From assembly GCA_965215235.1 (NCBI GenBank), contig OZ244053.1, positions 2,471,192 to 2,535,191 of the forward strand: a stretch of DNA of 64,000 nt. The letters run 5' to 3'. Origin of the DNA: Terriglobia bacterium (lineage in GTDB: Bacteria; Acidobacteriota; Terriglobia; Versatilivoradales; Versatilivoraceae). Positions 1 through 9,664 of this stretch are shown in pieces (the first letter of the stretch is position 1; each line of letters starts with the position of its first letter). Below the pieces are notes generated by a model. It was not told the origin of the DNA. It searched no databases and saw only the letters and a program-made list of their open reading frames with translations. The position numbers and the translations under genes are program-made.

Positions 1-687
1 GGTTGATCTTCCCTCTCCCTTCCAAATCCTGGGCCAAGACTTTCAGCAGTCGATCCATGACACCAGATTGACGCCATTGTTGGAATCGACGATGACAGGT
101 CTGATAGGGTGGATAGCGAGGGGGCATCTCCGACCATTGGGCGCCGGTGCGCAATATCCACAGAATCCCGTTGAACACCTCCCGCGAATCTCGCCAAGGA
201 CGACCACGGCCGTCCGGCCGCTGGGGTAATTCGGGAAGCAGAGGTTTGATGAACGCCCACTGGGCGTCGGTAAGGTCTTGCGCCATGGAAATCTCCCATT
301 GTCTTCCTAACCAACTTCATCATGCTAACATCACTCTTTCGTATTTATGAGATGGCCTGTAGTCAAATTATCTCCGCCGTCTTGGTTGTGGGAAAATGGA
401 AAACTCGGAGAGTTTTCCAAGGTCGCGGAGATGCCGTCTTTTCCACAGCCTGTCTGGCTCGCCTGACCCTGCGTAAGCTCCCCCGTCAAGTAGACAGTTC
501 CGAACTGGAATTTTCTGGCAAGATAACTAAGGGAAGCTCTGATTAATCAGGGTTTCTGCGACCCAAGGGAGGCACCGCCCTGTTCAATGGCTGATAAGCT
601 GTTGAAAATGAAAGAAAAACAAAACCACGTTTTCCGGCTTCCGTGCTCTGAATAACTCATGGATGAGTTATTCAGAGCTCCCTAAGC

Positions 688-842
688 TAAGCGGTCGGCC
701 TGCGTCGATGTTCACTTTGTAAATCCATCCTCCAATGGACCCACCCCTACACCCCTCCCAAGAGGGGAATTATGTCGAGTCGATCCTACAAGAGGGGATT
801 TACACAATGACGGAGTGACATTGACCGAGGCCAGCCGCTTAG
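688..842. repeat. TIR element family A, copy 1 (about 155 bp; ~26 bp imperfect inverted termini 'TAAGCGGTCGGCCT..GTCGATGTTCA' / 'GACATTGACCGAGGCCAGCCGCTTAG')
   Basis: Inverted termini read directly. The same termini recur at 13843-14000, with a half copy at 15785-15812. The interior differs between copies. Confidence 0.6.
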
Positions 843-959
843 AAACCTCTGCATAACTCAAGGATCTGACCATCGAACACTATATGTAGTATGAGAACCA
901 TCAGAAACCTACTACATAAAGGGTTCAGTTTTAGCCAAACTAAGTTATGCAGAGGTCTC
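843..959. repeat. TIR element family B, copy 1 (about 117 bp; termini 'GAAACCTCTGCATAACT' / 'AGTTATGCAGAGGTCTC'; inner GTAG/CTAC palindrome)
   Basis: Perfect 13-16 bp inverted ends read in the sequence. A second copy with the same ends lies at 50381-50501. CGCTTAG abuts both flanks. Confidence 0.55.
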
Positions 960-974
960 GCTTAGAAGGTTCCG

Positions 975-1241
975 TTGAAACGTAGTCGATTCACCAAGAC
1001 CCGGATTGTCTCGATTCTGAAGGAGGCCGATGTAGTGGCGTCGGTGAAAGACATTTGCCGGCGCCAGGGCATTAGTCCGGCGAGTTGGTATCAGTGGAAG
1101 TCGGAGTCCGGCGGGATGGGAGCGTCTGAGCTGAAGAGGACCAAGGAGCTGGAGGCTGAGTTGGGTCAGATAAACTGCAGTTGCACGCCACTGCGCTGGG
1201 ACCACAGCTACAGGGCCTTGCTGGTAAACTCCGGTCCGTGA
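975..1241 (+). pseudogene. IS3-family transposase OrfA fragment (HTH N-terminus, truncated)
   Basis: Translation 'KRSRFTKTRIVSILKEADVVASVKDICRRQGISPASWYQWK...ELEAEL' matches IS3 OrfA HTH and leucine-zipper architecture. The C-terminus diverges and is truncated. Confidence 0.6.
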
Positions 1242-1546
1242 TCGGTGACGATGGCTTCTGGACAACCCCGCTCGAGAGTGAGTTGATCCAGCAGCCGGCT
1301 GACCCGTTCACCCCAGATTGAAAAGTCCATGATCGGGCCCACGCATTCCCGGCTGTAGTCGTCGACGATGTTAAGGATGCGGATATCATCGTCCTTCGCC
1401 ATCTGATCCGACATGAAGTCCATCGACCATCGCTGGTTCGGTCCGCTCGAAATCGGCAGCCGAACCCGATCCCCTGTCCACAGCCGTTTGCGCCGTTTTC
1501 TGCGAACTTGCAGGTTCTCTTCCCGATAGATCCCGATAGGTCTTAT
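1208..1546 (-). pseudogene. IS3-family transposase OrfB (DDE integrase) N-proximal fragment, opposite strand to the OrfA fragment
   Basis: Minus-strand translation 'YREENLQVRRKRRKRL...PNQRWSMDFMSD...DDYSRECVG...ERVSRLLDQLTLERGCPEAIVTDHGPEFTS' matches the IS3 OrfB core. It is truncated where it meets orfA and lacks its downstream catalytic half. Confidence 0.6.
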
Positions 1547-1606
1547 TTGCCTTCATGACCCCCCCCCCCCAACGGTCCGCTTCGAGAGTGGGTTTTCGGG
1601 TAAAGG

Positions 1607-2362
1607 TCAGCGATAGCTGTCTGCGGAGTCCCTGGGTTCGAATCCCACCATCTTCCGGGCGTGGGCCGTATCCCGGTAACTCAGTCTGTTTCTGGAAACG
1701 GCAAAGAAGATGTCATAGCGAAGGTCGTCCGGAGCCTCCAGGCAGCATTCCACCATGTGGGCGATGTCTCGCTGACTGCACCACACCGAGAACTCGCGGG
1801 CGCGGCGGGGTTGGTCCAGGCGATTGACCGCACCGATGCGGATACAGAGAATGGACAGATCCGAAGTGTCGGTGAAGTGCCGGGCCAGAACCTCGCCCCA
1901 GACCTTGCTGCAACCATACAATCCGCTCGGTCGTGGCGGTGACTCATGGGTCAGTTTATCCCAACTGGGCAGGGATGTCGGAGGCTGTTCCTGAACGAGG
2001 GCCTTGTAGGGCGGAATGGCTTCCCGGCCTGACACTGTGGCCCCGCTGCTGGCGTAGATGACCCGTTTGACGCCGGCGCGACGGGAGGCTTCGAAGACAT
2101 TGTAGGCGCCGATGACGTTATGGCGTAATATTTCCTCCCAGGGCGCACTGCCTGAAGCCAGAGCAGCCAGGTGCACGACGGCGTCCTTGCCTTCGAACGC
2201 CGGAAGAATCGAGCCGAGGTCTGAAATATCAGCCCGGTGACATTCCACTCCCGAGACCTCTCGGCGGTTCAGCGCGCTGAGTTCATACTTCTCACTGAGA
2301 TAACGATGCAGGATGCCGCCGATCAGACCGCTCATCCCTGTGACGAGTACCTTTCGAGCCAT
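1607..2362 (-). CDS. NAD-dependent epimerase/dehydratase (SDR family)
   Basis: N-terminal 'MARKVLVTGMSGLIGG' Rossmann motif and overall SDR epimerase-like sequence. ATG at 2362 is preceded by GGAGGGA. The longer six-frame ORF (to 2620) has an implausible N-extension. Confidence 0.75.
   Translation of the reverse strand: MARKVLVTGMSGLIGGILHRYLSEKYELSALNRREVSGVECHRADISDLGSILPAFEGKDAVVHLAALASGSAPWEEILRHNVIGAYNVFEASRRAGVKRVIYASSGATVSGREAIPPYKALVQEQPPTSLPSWDKLTHESPPRPSGLYGCSKVWGEVLARHFTDTSDLSILCIRIGAVNRLDQPRRAREFSVWCSQRDIAHMVECCLEAPDDLRYDIFFAVSRNRLSYRDTAHARKMVGFEPRDSADSYR
1617..1657 (+). other. tRNA 3'-end-like fragment (T-arm GGTTCGAATCC plus acceptor 3' strand), possible att-site remnant
   Basis: 'GGAGTCCCTGGGTTCGAATCCCACCATCTTCC' carries the canonical T-loop. 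No matching 5' acceptor strand or D-arm occurs upstream, so this is not a complete tRNA. Confidence 0.3.
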
Positions 2363-2667
2363 TCGGTTTCCTCCCTCTTGTTGCTGAATGGATTGTTCAG
2401 ACCGAGCCATTTTAGCCGATTGCCAGCCCGAACAGGGCGCCTGTTGTGAGGCGGCAGCCTTTGGCGGGCTCTTCCTGCGAGTTCTGGTCTGTCCTTGCCT
2501 CGGCATGGGCGCATCACTTTTCCCTTTGAGATGTGTTTGAACTTCGACTAAATTAGGGCCTGATCCGCAGGAATCCGGACTGGTCCTGGCCGAGCCGGTC
2601 AGGCCATGGCGGCGCCCCACTCCAGCACGGACCCTGACAAACTGAGCCGAAGGAGGAGGAATCGAGT

Positions 2668-3942
2668 ATGCCTGACCAGAATTGCTACACCGATGACTGG
2701 AAGCGGACTACCCCGGATTATGCAGTGTATCTGCAGAAGATTCCGGGGGAACGCGATGAGTATTCTGACCATATTCATGTGTTCTATACGCCCGGGGGCG
2801 ATCTCATGTGCCTGTGGACACAGGGATCTTATGAAAGTTCACTCGACCTGCGGGTGGTTTGCTCTCGTAGCAAGGATGGGGGAAAAACCTGGTCCCCGAT
2901 TGTCGCCATCGACGAGCCCAGGTACAAGAACATGGTCCCGGCCCTGGGATTTCCCCTCATCAGCCGCTCGGGACGCATCTACTGCCTCTACAACCAGCAC
3001 TTGGGTTACGGAGACGGGGGCCTCTATTCCGGACCGTTACGGGTGAAGTATTCCGATGACGACGGCCACACATGGGTCGCCGGCGGTGTGGATATCCCCT
3101 GGTGGCGGACCCGTTTCGACCACCCCGACCCCAAGGTCCACCCGACGGGCATCATTTGGCAGCAGCCCATCCGGGATGCCAGGGATCGCATGATCGTGGG
3201 GTTCACGCGTTGGAGCAGTCCTATGGCTTTTCCCCGACCCATTGGGGGCAATCGCAATCACTCCGACAGTGGCATTGAGTTCATGCGTTTCGAGAACGTT
3301 GATGAGGGTCCTCATCCCAAGGACCTTCAAATCACCTGGCTGCCGGACCAGGCCGGAACCGTTCGCGTCTCGCCGAACATCGAACCGGAAGCCTCTCGCG
3401 GCTATAGCTTGGCGCAAGAGCCCGGTCTGGTTCTTCTCCCTGACGGGCGCTTGTTCACCACCATGAGAACGGTGACCGGCTACATCTGGTACACCGTCTC
3501 CGACGACCACGGTCATAGCTGGCGGCCGACTCGGCCGTTGCTCTTTCGCGACAATGGCGCCAAAGTTGAGCATCCCAAATCGCCCGAGCCTTTGTATCGC
3601 TTGGCCGATGGCCGCTATCTGTTGTTCTTCCACAATCATTCCGGCTACCGCGACGGGGCTACGGGTCCCTGGGACATGGATGCTCGACGCCCCGTCTACA
3701 TCACCGTTGGAGAGTTCCGGCCTCAGGCGCAGCAACCGTTGTGGTTCAGCGAGCCGAAGTTTCTCTTTGACACCCAAAAAGTCACGGCCGGGGTGACCCG
3801 GCTCTGGTGGTTGGCCATGTACGCCAGTCTGACCGAACGTGATGGCCAGAGAACCTTCTGGTATGCCGACCGTAAGCAGTTTGTCCTGGGAAAGAACATC
3901 ACCGACGAAATGCTGGCCGACATGAAAGCACCGGAAGCTTGA
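2668..3942 (+). CDS. BNR/Asp-box repeat protein, sialidase-like glycoside hydrolase
   Basis: Three Asp-box motifs (SRSKDGGKTWSP, YSDDDGHTWV, VSDDHGHSWRP). GGAGGAAT lies upstream of the ATG. Confidence 0.6.
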   Translation: MPDQNCYTDDWKRTTPDYAVYLQKIPGERDEYSDHIHVFYTPGGDLMCLWTQGSYESSLDLRVVCSRSKDGGKTWSPIVAIDEPRYKNMVPALGFPLISRSGRIYCLYNQHLGYGDGGLYSGPLRVKYSDDDGHTWVAGGVDIPWWRTRFDHPDPKVHPTGIIWQQPIRDARDRMIVGFTRWSSPMAFPRPIGGNRNHSDSGIEFMRFENVDEGPHPKDLQITWLPDQAGTVRVSPNIEPEASRGYSLAQEPGLVLLPDGRLFTTMRTVTGYIWYTVSDDHGHSWRPTRPLLFRDNGAKVEHPKSPEPLYRLADGRYLLFFHNHSGYRDGATGPWDMDARRPVYITVGEFRPQAQQPLWFSEPKFLFDTQKVTAGVTRLWWLAMYASLTERDGQRTFWYADRKQFVLGKNITDEMLADMKAPEA

Positions 3943-4007
3943 GTGGCTTGGCGGCTCTCCATGCCCAGGGTCGCTTGGTCGGGTTCGGCTCCAAAGGAGG
4001 GGCAATT

Positions 4008-5840
4008 ATGACAAGTATGAAAAGACGGACCGCGGGTTACCTGTCGTTCAAGTGGCGACAGATGCTGATCTTCGTGGCAGCGGCTCTATGGATGGGCAAT
4101 TTCGGGCCACCGCGTCTCCCGGCTCAGCAGTCGGGCAAGAGTCCCAACGTCAGCCCGCAGCCCAAAGCGATTTACCTGACCGATCTTGAGAGATGCCAAC
4201 CGGCTTCCGCTTTGGCCCGGGAATGGACGCACGGTACTTGGCGCTTGCTCAGTTACGAAACCGAGTCTTTCAGTGGAAACCTGCTGTTGGCAACCGAAGA
4301 CAGCCGCGCTCCTGAGGTGACCTACCCGCTGCAGCAGGACGGTTGGCATGAAATCTATATCGGTATCTACCGCAAGCCCTTTACCGCTCCCAAACAAGTG
4401 CGGGTCCGTTTGAGCAACCATGTGGCCTACACCACCTTGAGGGGGCGTGAGGGCGCCAAGGATCATCAAGAGCACTGGATCGACGAAGTTTTCTGGAAGG
4501 CGGCCGATCTCACGGGAAAGGGAATGGTTTTCAAGCAGATCACCGAGCCGACCGTGGAGCACGCCTGGGTGGCCTTCATCAAGCTGGTGCCGCTGTCGGC
4601 GCAGCAAGTGAAATCGGTAGAGGACGACCGGCGGCGCTCCGACACCAAGCGGCTGTTTATCCATAATGACGCTGGGGTCATCAATCGGAGCGGGACCGAG
4701 CAGGAGATTCGCGATGTGCTCGAACCGCTGCGTCATTCCGACGTTTCCCGAGTTTACTGGGAAGGGGGCACGGGAGACCGGGCCAAGCGTTTTTCCAAAA
4801 TCGCCAGGGATCACTCATTGGAATTGACGGAGCCACTGACGGGTCGGCCGTTCTTTACCAGTCCTTACGGCCGGTGGTGGGCGGAGAGTTGGCGCGCCTA
4901 CCATCGGACCGGGGTGGACCCCTTCAGGATTGCCGCTGAATATGCGCACCAATTGGGACTTGAGTTTCACGCTGCCTACCGGCCGGGCGGCTTCATCTAC
5001 CCGCCGCCCAGTCCTCCCCTTCCCGGCCGAAGTTTTTATGAGCAGCATCCTGAACTCGTGTGCTTGTCTCGAGACGGCAAGCCGTTACCCCGTATTTCCT
5101 ATGCGTTCCCTGAAACCAGGCGGTACGTCCTGTCGCTGTTTCGTGAAATGGCGACCGACTATCCCATCGACGGAGTGGCAGTCCTCTACAATCGCCGCCC
5201 GCCGCTGGTGGCCTATGAGGCTCCGGTGGTTCAGGGATTTCAGGAAAAGTTCGGCAGGGACCCCCGCGAGCTTCCGGAAACGGATCCTCGCTGGTTGCGC
5301 TACCGCTCGCAGTTCCTGACTCAATTCATGAGAGAACTGCGCAGCGAGCTCGATCAGGTGGGCCGGGAGATGAAGCGGGAGAAGCGCCTCGAAATCACAG
5401 CCGTCGTTTCCAGGGGCGAGGAAAATCTGCTGTATGGGATGGACCTGGCGACCTGGATCAGCGAAGGTCTGGTGGATATGATCATTCCTTACTCCTCAGC
5501 CGTACGCCTGGGCGCCTATGAACCGATGTGGGAAAATCCCGAAGACGTCGACTGGTTTGTCTCCTTGGTGAAGGGAACCCGGACCCGACTGGCCTTGAAC
5601 CTCTTACCTCGGGACCTGACGGCGGAGGAATACTACCAGAAGGCGCACACTCTCTACCAAGCCGGAGTGGAGAACCTGTTCTTCTGGGACGGGACCCATC
5701 GGGTGCGGAAGGTCCTGCGACTGGGGCACCGTGAAGAAGTAGCGGCCTGGATGGCGTCCGGCCAGCCGCCGCGCCGGCCTTCCGCCGTTCGTGTATGGAA
5801 CCTCGGAGGCTGGAACTTGCGCCTGGAAACTCCGGGGTAG
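4008..5840 (+). CDS. Secreted hypothetical protein (signal/TM N-terminus 'MTSMKRRTAGYLSFKWRQMLIFVAAALWMG')
   Basis: Long ORF with AAGGAGG 7 nt upstream of the ATG at 4008. Good codon periodicity. No family recognised with confidence; it sits next to the sialidase-like gene. Confidence 0.55.
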   Translation: MTSMKRRTAGYLSFKWRQMLIFVAAALWMGNFGPPRLPAQQSGKSPNVSPQPKAIYLTDLERCQPASALAREWTHGTWRLLSYETESFSGNLLLATEDSRAPEVTYPLQQDGWHEIYIGIYRKPFTAPKQVRVRLSNHVAYTTLRGREGAKDHQEHWIDEVFWKAADLTGKGMVFKQITEPTVEHAWVAFIKLVPLSAQQVKSVEDDRRRSDTKRLFIHNDAGVINRSGTEQEIRDVLEPLRHSDVSRVYWEGGTGDRAKRFSKIARDHSLELTEPLTGRPFFTSPYGRWWAESWRAYHRTGVDPFRIAAEYAHQLGLEFHAAYRPGGFIYPPPSPPLPGRSFYEQHPELVCLSRDGKPLPRISYAFPETRRYVLSLFREMATDYPIDGVAVLYNRRPPLVAYEAPVVQGFQEKFGRDPRELPETDPRWLRYRSQFLTQFMRELRSELDQVGREMKREKRLEITAVVSRGEENLLYGMDLATWISEGLVDMIIPYSSAVRLGAYEPMWENPEDVDWFVSLVKGTRTRLALNLLPRDLTAEEYYQKAHTLYQAGVENLFFWDGTHRVRKVLRLGHREEVAAWMASGQPPRRPSAVRVWNLGGWNLRLETPG

Positions 5841-6029
5841 CCCGGCGGCTCCGCCGGGGCGCAGATACTGCCAACAGACCCCGGTCGGGCACAAAAGGCT
5901 CCCCGCCGTCTGGCTGTGGCAGTGAGCCTTTGATGGTGCAGAAGTGGGGTCAGGTTAACGCACCCATCTATCCGCTTTTAAAGTCAACTCCGCGCTCCAC
6001 GATAAACACCCTGCTTGGTCAATCGAGGT

Positions 6030-6403
6030 AAATCCCGGACCCCACCAGGATCGGTGCTCCGTAGGCCGTCACCCGCTTGACGAAGCCGATCTTGCGCTGC
6101 CAATTTCCTGTCACGGGATCAATCGCATTGTAGTGGAAAGAGGTCTCGCCGAACGTCATGGCCATGCTGATGACATCTCGGCCACTGAGAAACGTGGCGG
6201 GATCTGGCCCCCCCCCACTCGAGAAAGCTGGCTCCGTTGACGTTGCTTCGGTTTCCGGAGAACAGTTGGTTCCCTATCTGGTTCATGCCGAACAACCTGA
6301 CTGATAGGCATTGGGAACGAGTGTGGAACACCTTCTTGAAGAACCCGTTCCCAGAGCCGGCTAGGGCGTCGGTCCATCCTGCGTCCGGGGGACCTCGGGC
6401 CAT
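6030..6403 (-). pseudogene. C-terminal gene fragment interrupted by a C9 homopolymer (unknown family)
   Basis: Minus-strand translations on both sides of the 9-C run (6213-6221) join into a plausible about 150 aa C-terminal fragment '...FLEWGG/PDPATFLSGRDVISMAMTFGETSFHYNAIDPVTGNWQRKIGFVKRVTAYGAPILVGSGIYLD'. Confidence 0.2.
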
Positions 6404-6531
6404 AGGCCCGTGCGCGAGGTGGCGCAGATCGGGTTAAGGGCGATTGGCGGAGACGGAGATGGGATTGTCCCGTTGCCGTGGCAGTGGTAACATTCTACGA
6501 ACTCGAACACTGAGGATGAGGTGAAGGAGGC

Positions 6532-7581
6532 TTGAAGATGTCCGGCTCCAGCCGCAGATCGCTTCTCAGGAACGTTGGCCTGATCGCAGGGGCCATGGCT
6601 GTGGACTCCCCGATGGCCGCGTTTGCCCGGCCGAGACCCGGAGATTTGCCGGACATGGACCGGCTCAGAGAGCGCATTCAGGGAGTCCATGGCTTCATGG
6701 TCACGCCCTTTCAGCGCAATGGCCGGTTAGACGCCGATGGTCTGCGCCGCAACGTTGCCCACCATGCAGAGGCCGGGGCTCGAGACATGACGATCGTCGT
6801 GGGCGGTGGAATGGGCGAAATTTTCTCCCTGGACCTGGAAGAGCACAAGGCCATGGCGGTTGCTGCAGCGAGGGGCGCACAAGGGAAGCTTCCGGTAGTG
6901 GTCGGAGCTTGCGGTGGCTACCAAATGGCCAAGATCATGGCGCGCAACGCGGAGCAGGCGGGCGCCGATGCGATTCTCTTGTTTGCCCCGCCTTACTGGA
7001 ACTGGATTCCGGGATACGATGAGGGCGCCATTCGGTATTTCACCGAGGTGGCTGGGTCGATAAACATCGGCGTGTTGCTGGCGACGGTCTCCGGTCACAA
7101 CTTTCCGACGGGCAAGGAGCAGTATTGGCCGAAGGTTTTGAGCAAGCTAGCCGAGCTTCCCAACGTCATTGGGTTCGAGGATTCCAGCGGCGGCGTCGCC
7201 ATGGGGCAGCAGCTCGGGCCTCTGGTTGCCGACCGTTTGGTCTGGGTCGCCCGGGGTGAGGGTCATGCGGTTCGAGCGCTGCCCGCCGGGGCCCGCGGGA
7301 ACACTTCAGCGGTCGCCACTTTTGTCCCTGGGGCCTGCCGGGAGTTTTGGAGGCAGGGAAGGCTTGGGGAAGTTGCCCGGATGAAGGAAATCCTGGAGAC
7401 GCGGATCCATCCCATGGCTCGGGTGAGAGCGGTAAAGCCGGGCTACCACGTGAGCGGGATCAAGGTTGCCTTGGAAGCATTGGGCCGAGCCGGCGGTCCG
7501 GTCAGGCCCCCGGGAAGACCCGTCTCGACCGAGGATCGTCCCAGGATCGCTACTATCGCCCGCAAATATGCCGAGACTTGA
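6532..7581 (+). CDS. DapA/NAL-family (dihydrodipicolinate synthase-like) protein with twin-arginine signal peptide
   Basis: N-terminal 'SRRSLLRNVGLIAGAMA' Tat motif. The core resembles class I aldolase DapA family (GGGMGEIFSL, PVVVGACGG, FAPPYW, NVIGFEDSSGG). The usual Schiff-base Lys position appears to be F/E. Confidence 0.5.
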   Translation: MKMSGSSRRSLLRNVGLIAGAMAVDSPMAAFARPRPGDLPDMDRLRERIQGVHGFMVTPFQRNGRLDADGLRRNVAHHAEAGARDMTIVVGGGMGEIFSLDLEEHKAMAVAAARGAQGKLPVVVGACGGYQMAKIMARNAEQAGADAILLFAPPYWNWIPGYDEGAIRYFTEVAGSINIGVLLATVSGHNFPTGKEQYWPKVLSKLAELPNVIGFEDSSGGVAMGQQLGPLVADRLVWVARGEGHAVRALPAGARGNTSAVATFVPGACREFWRQGRLGEVARMKEILETRIHPMARVRAVKPGYHVSGIKVALEALGRAGGPVRPPGRPVSTEDRPRIATIARKYAET

Positions 7582-7619
7582 GGGTTGCCGGTGGTTCCAT
7601 AGGGGAATGAGCGCAGATT

Positions 7620-9605
7620 ATGAACTGGATATCTCCTGAAGCCAAAAAATCAAGCGTCGGGGTTGATAGTGCTTCCCGGAGTAGCCTCGTCATCCTGGTC
7701 TCGACACTGCTTGCCTTCCTGTTGCCTGCTCATTTCATAGCCCAGGAAACTTCGTCTGCGATGCCAACGGAACCGGAAGTCGACTGGATCTTTCCCCTGG
7801 GAGGTCAGCCGGGCGGTCACTGGCAAGCGGAAGTTGAGGGCCGGTTGCTGGACGAAGTCCATGGGGTCTGGTTCCCCAACCAGGGCCTGAAGGGTAAGAT
7901 ACTGGAAGTTCGAGAGCTGCTGACCGAAGAGAAGAAGACTGAACCGGATGAGTCCGGGGCCGAGGAAAAGCCGCGGACTCAGCGAGTCTCACTCCATCTG
8001 GAAATCGATCCGACGGTCCGGTCAGGGATCCATTCGCTGCGACTGGTGTCGAAACGGGGGGTTTCTAATTCCTTGACCTTTCTGGTCAGTTCGGAACCCG
8101 TCATCAAAGAGTCCAAGAGCGCCCATCAGAAGCCCTCCGAGGCGCAGGCGGTCAAGCACCCGGTCATCATCAACGGCAGGATTGCCCAAACGGGCGAGGT
8201 GGATTACTACGCTGTCGCGGTTTCTGCCCGGGAAGAACTTTCTTTCGAACTCTTCACTCCAGCCGAGACCTTTCGACCCACCATCAGGCTGTACGAGGAA
8301 AGGGGAAGCTGGTTGAGGGGGGATGAGCCCAGCCAACTGGAGTTCAGTTATCGGGATGACTATCGATCGTCTCGGGGGAAGCGGTGGCGTCATCGCTTCA
8401 GCCGGGCCGGGCGTTATCTGATTGCCCTGGGGTCCGTCTACGGTAAGGCTGAGCCTGGCTTTATCTACCAGCTTCGAATCGTGTCTGCTGAACGATCGTC
8501 GGCAAAAGGGGAATGGCCCGGTTCCGAGGGACAGGCCCAATGGAGCGAACGGCAGTATGTTCGAAAACTGACGCCGCTCAGGTTGCAGCAGCTCTGGTCG
8601 CGCACCGTCAAAGCCCCCCGGAATCTTCCTCGGGCCAAGGTCACCCAAAGGTCGGCAAATCAGCCTGAGGAGAACGCTGCCAAGCAAGACGTTTCCAATC
8701 CTGGTTCTGATAACGGCAATTCGTCGCCAACGGTCTCCGCAGAAAAAGAACCCAATGGAGAACGCACGCAAGCCCTGACGGTATCGCTGCCCGCTCTCGT
8801 CCGGGGCAGGATCGAAGCTCCCGGGGACGTCGATCTCTTTCAGTTCCAACTGCCGGCGAGACAGTCTCTGGTTTTTGAAGTGGAGACTCCCTATGTGTCG
8901 CCGCCCAGCTTCAGTCCCAGCGTCAAGGTCCTGGACTCTGAGGGTCACGAGCTGTTCAACAACAAGCACAGGAAGATTGCCCTGACCCGGCAAGATCCCA
9001 TCTTTCTGGTGGAGCTTCTCAAGCTTCATCTTCCTGACAGGGGAAGCTGCGGCGTGGGATCCGTTTCCTTTTTTGAGTCGTTGGAAGCTAAAATGGTGGC
9101 CGACTTCGCGGTTGCCGGACAGTACTACCTGCAGATCGGTGACGTCACCTCTCAAAAAGGCCACCCGGACTATGCCTATCGGGTCATGGTTCGACCGCGG
9201 ATTCCTCATGTGGGAGAGCTGGAGCTTGAGGGGGACCGCATCAACCTCCGGCAAGGGGAGGTCAAGAAGCTGAAGATCACCACGGGCTTGGAAGAAGGCT
9301 ATGCCGGCGACGTTGCCCTGAGTCTTGAGGGCCTCCCGCCAGGAGTGGTCCCTTTGACCGGTATGGAAGTGGAGCCCGGAAGCCCGATCGGTCCCACCAC
9401 TGACGGACAGGAAAAATTTCTGGCCTTCACCGAAAAAGCCATCATCTTGTTGCGCGCCGAGGAGAATGCGCCGCTGACTGAAACACCGGTGCTGATCCGG
9501 GTATGGGCGCGGCCTGCCATGAAAAATGAGTTGGGGGCCAAGCTGCTGGTCGGCGAGATTCCGCTCATGGTCATCATCTCCCGGGATCAACCCCAAGAAT
9601 CCTGA
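7620..9605 (+). CDS. Secreted hypothetical protein with two pre-peptidase C-terminal (PPC)-like domains
   Basis: N-terminal TM/signal sequence. Segments 'INGRIAQTGEVDYYAVAVSAREELSFEL' and 'LVRGRIEAPGDVDLFQFQLPARQSLVFEV' match the PPC-domain pattern. Confidence 0.5.
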   Translation: MNWISPEAKKSSVGVDSASRSSLVILVSTLLAFLLPAHFIAQETSSAMPTEPEVDWIFPLGGQPGGHWQAEVEGRLLDEVHGVWFPNQGLKGKILEVRELLTEEKKTEPDESGAEEKPRTQRVSLHLEIDPTVRSGIHSLRLVSKRGVSNSLTFLVSSEPVIKESKSAHQKPSEAQAVKHPVIINGRIAQTGEVDYYAVAVSAREELSFELFTPAETFRPTIRLYEERGSWLRGDEPSQLEFSYRDDYRSSRGKRWRHRFSRAGRYLIALGSVYGKAEPGFIYQLRIVSAERSSAKGEWPGSEGQAQWSERQYVRKLTPLRLQQLWSRTVKAPRNLPRAKVTQRSANQPEENAAKQDVSNPGSDNGNSSPTVSAEKEPNGERTQALTVSLPALVRGRIEAPGDVDLFQFQLPARQSLVFEVETPYVSPPSFSPSVKVLDSEGHELFNNKHRKIALTRQDPIFLVELLKLHLPDRGSCGVGSVSFFESLEAKMVADFAVAGQYYLQIGDVTSQKGHPDYAYRVMVRPRIPHVGELELEGDRINLRQGEVKKLKITTGLEEGYAGDVALSLEGLPPGVVPLTGMEVEPGSPIGPTTDGQEKFLAFTEKAIILLRAEENAPLTETPVLIRVWARPAMKNELGAKLLVGEIPLMVIISRDQPQES

Positions 9606-9664
9606 GAGGTCTTTCTTCCTGGGGTGGAGTCGTCATCTCGCAGCCCAATAGATGTTCAATCGGA

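Noticed and set aside
843-959. Integron attC site interpretation of family B elements
   Set aside because: Terminal cores GCATAAC/GTTATGC do not satisfy the RYYYAAC/GTTRRRY consensus (T at an R position, G at a Y position). No integrase or cassette array is nearby. The ends are longer perfect inverted repeats than is typical for attC.
1580-1657. Complete tRNA gene
   Set aside because: The T-arm and 3' acceptor strand are present, but no complementary 5' acceptor strand (GGAAGAT), D-arm or proper anticodon arm exists upstream. It is treated as a 3' fragment only.
4086-4814. 242-aa minus-strand ORF fully inside the 4008-5840 plus-strand gene
   Set aside because: Antisense ORF typical of GC-rich DNA. 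No start context and no recognisable protein features. The sense-strand gene is much longer and has a proper RBS.
8022-9596. 524-aa minus-strand ORF antisense to the 7620-9605 gene; likewise 10070-11275 (-), 12427-13278 (-), 38867-39766 (+), 50743-52314 (+), 43375-44142 (+), 44482-45090 (+)
   Set aside because: All lie opposite genes with strong family signatures. They have stop-poor frames caused by GC bias, with no RBS and no motifs.
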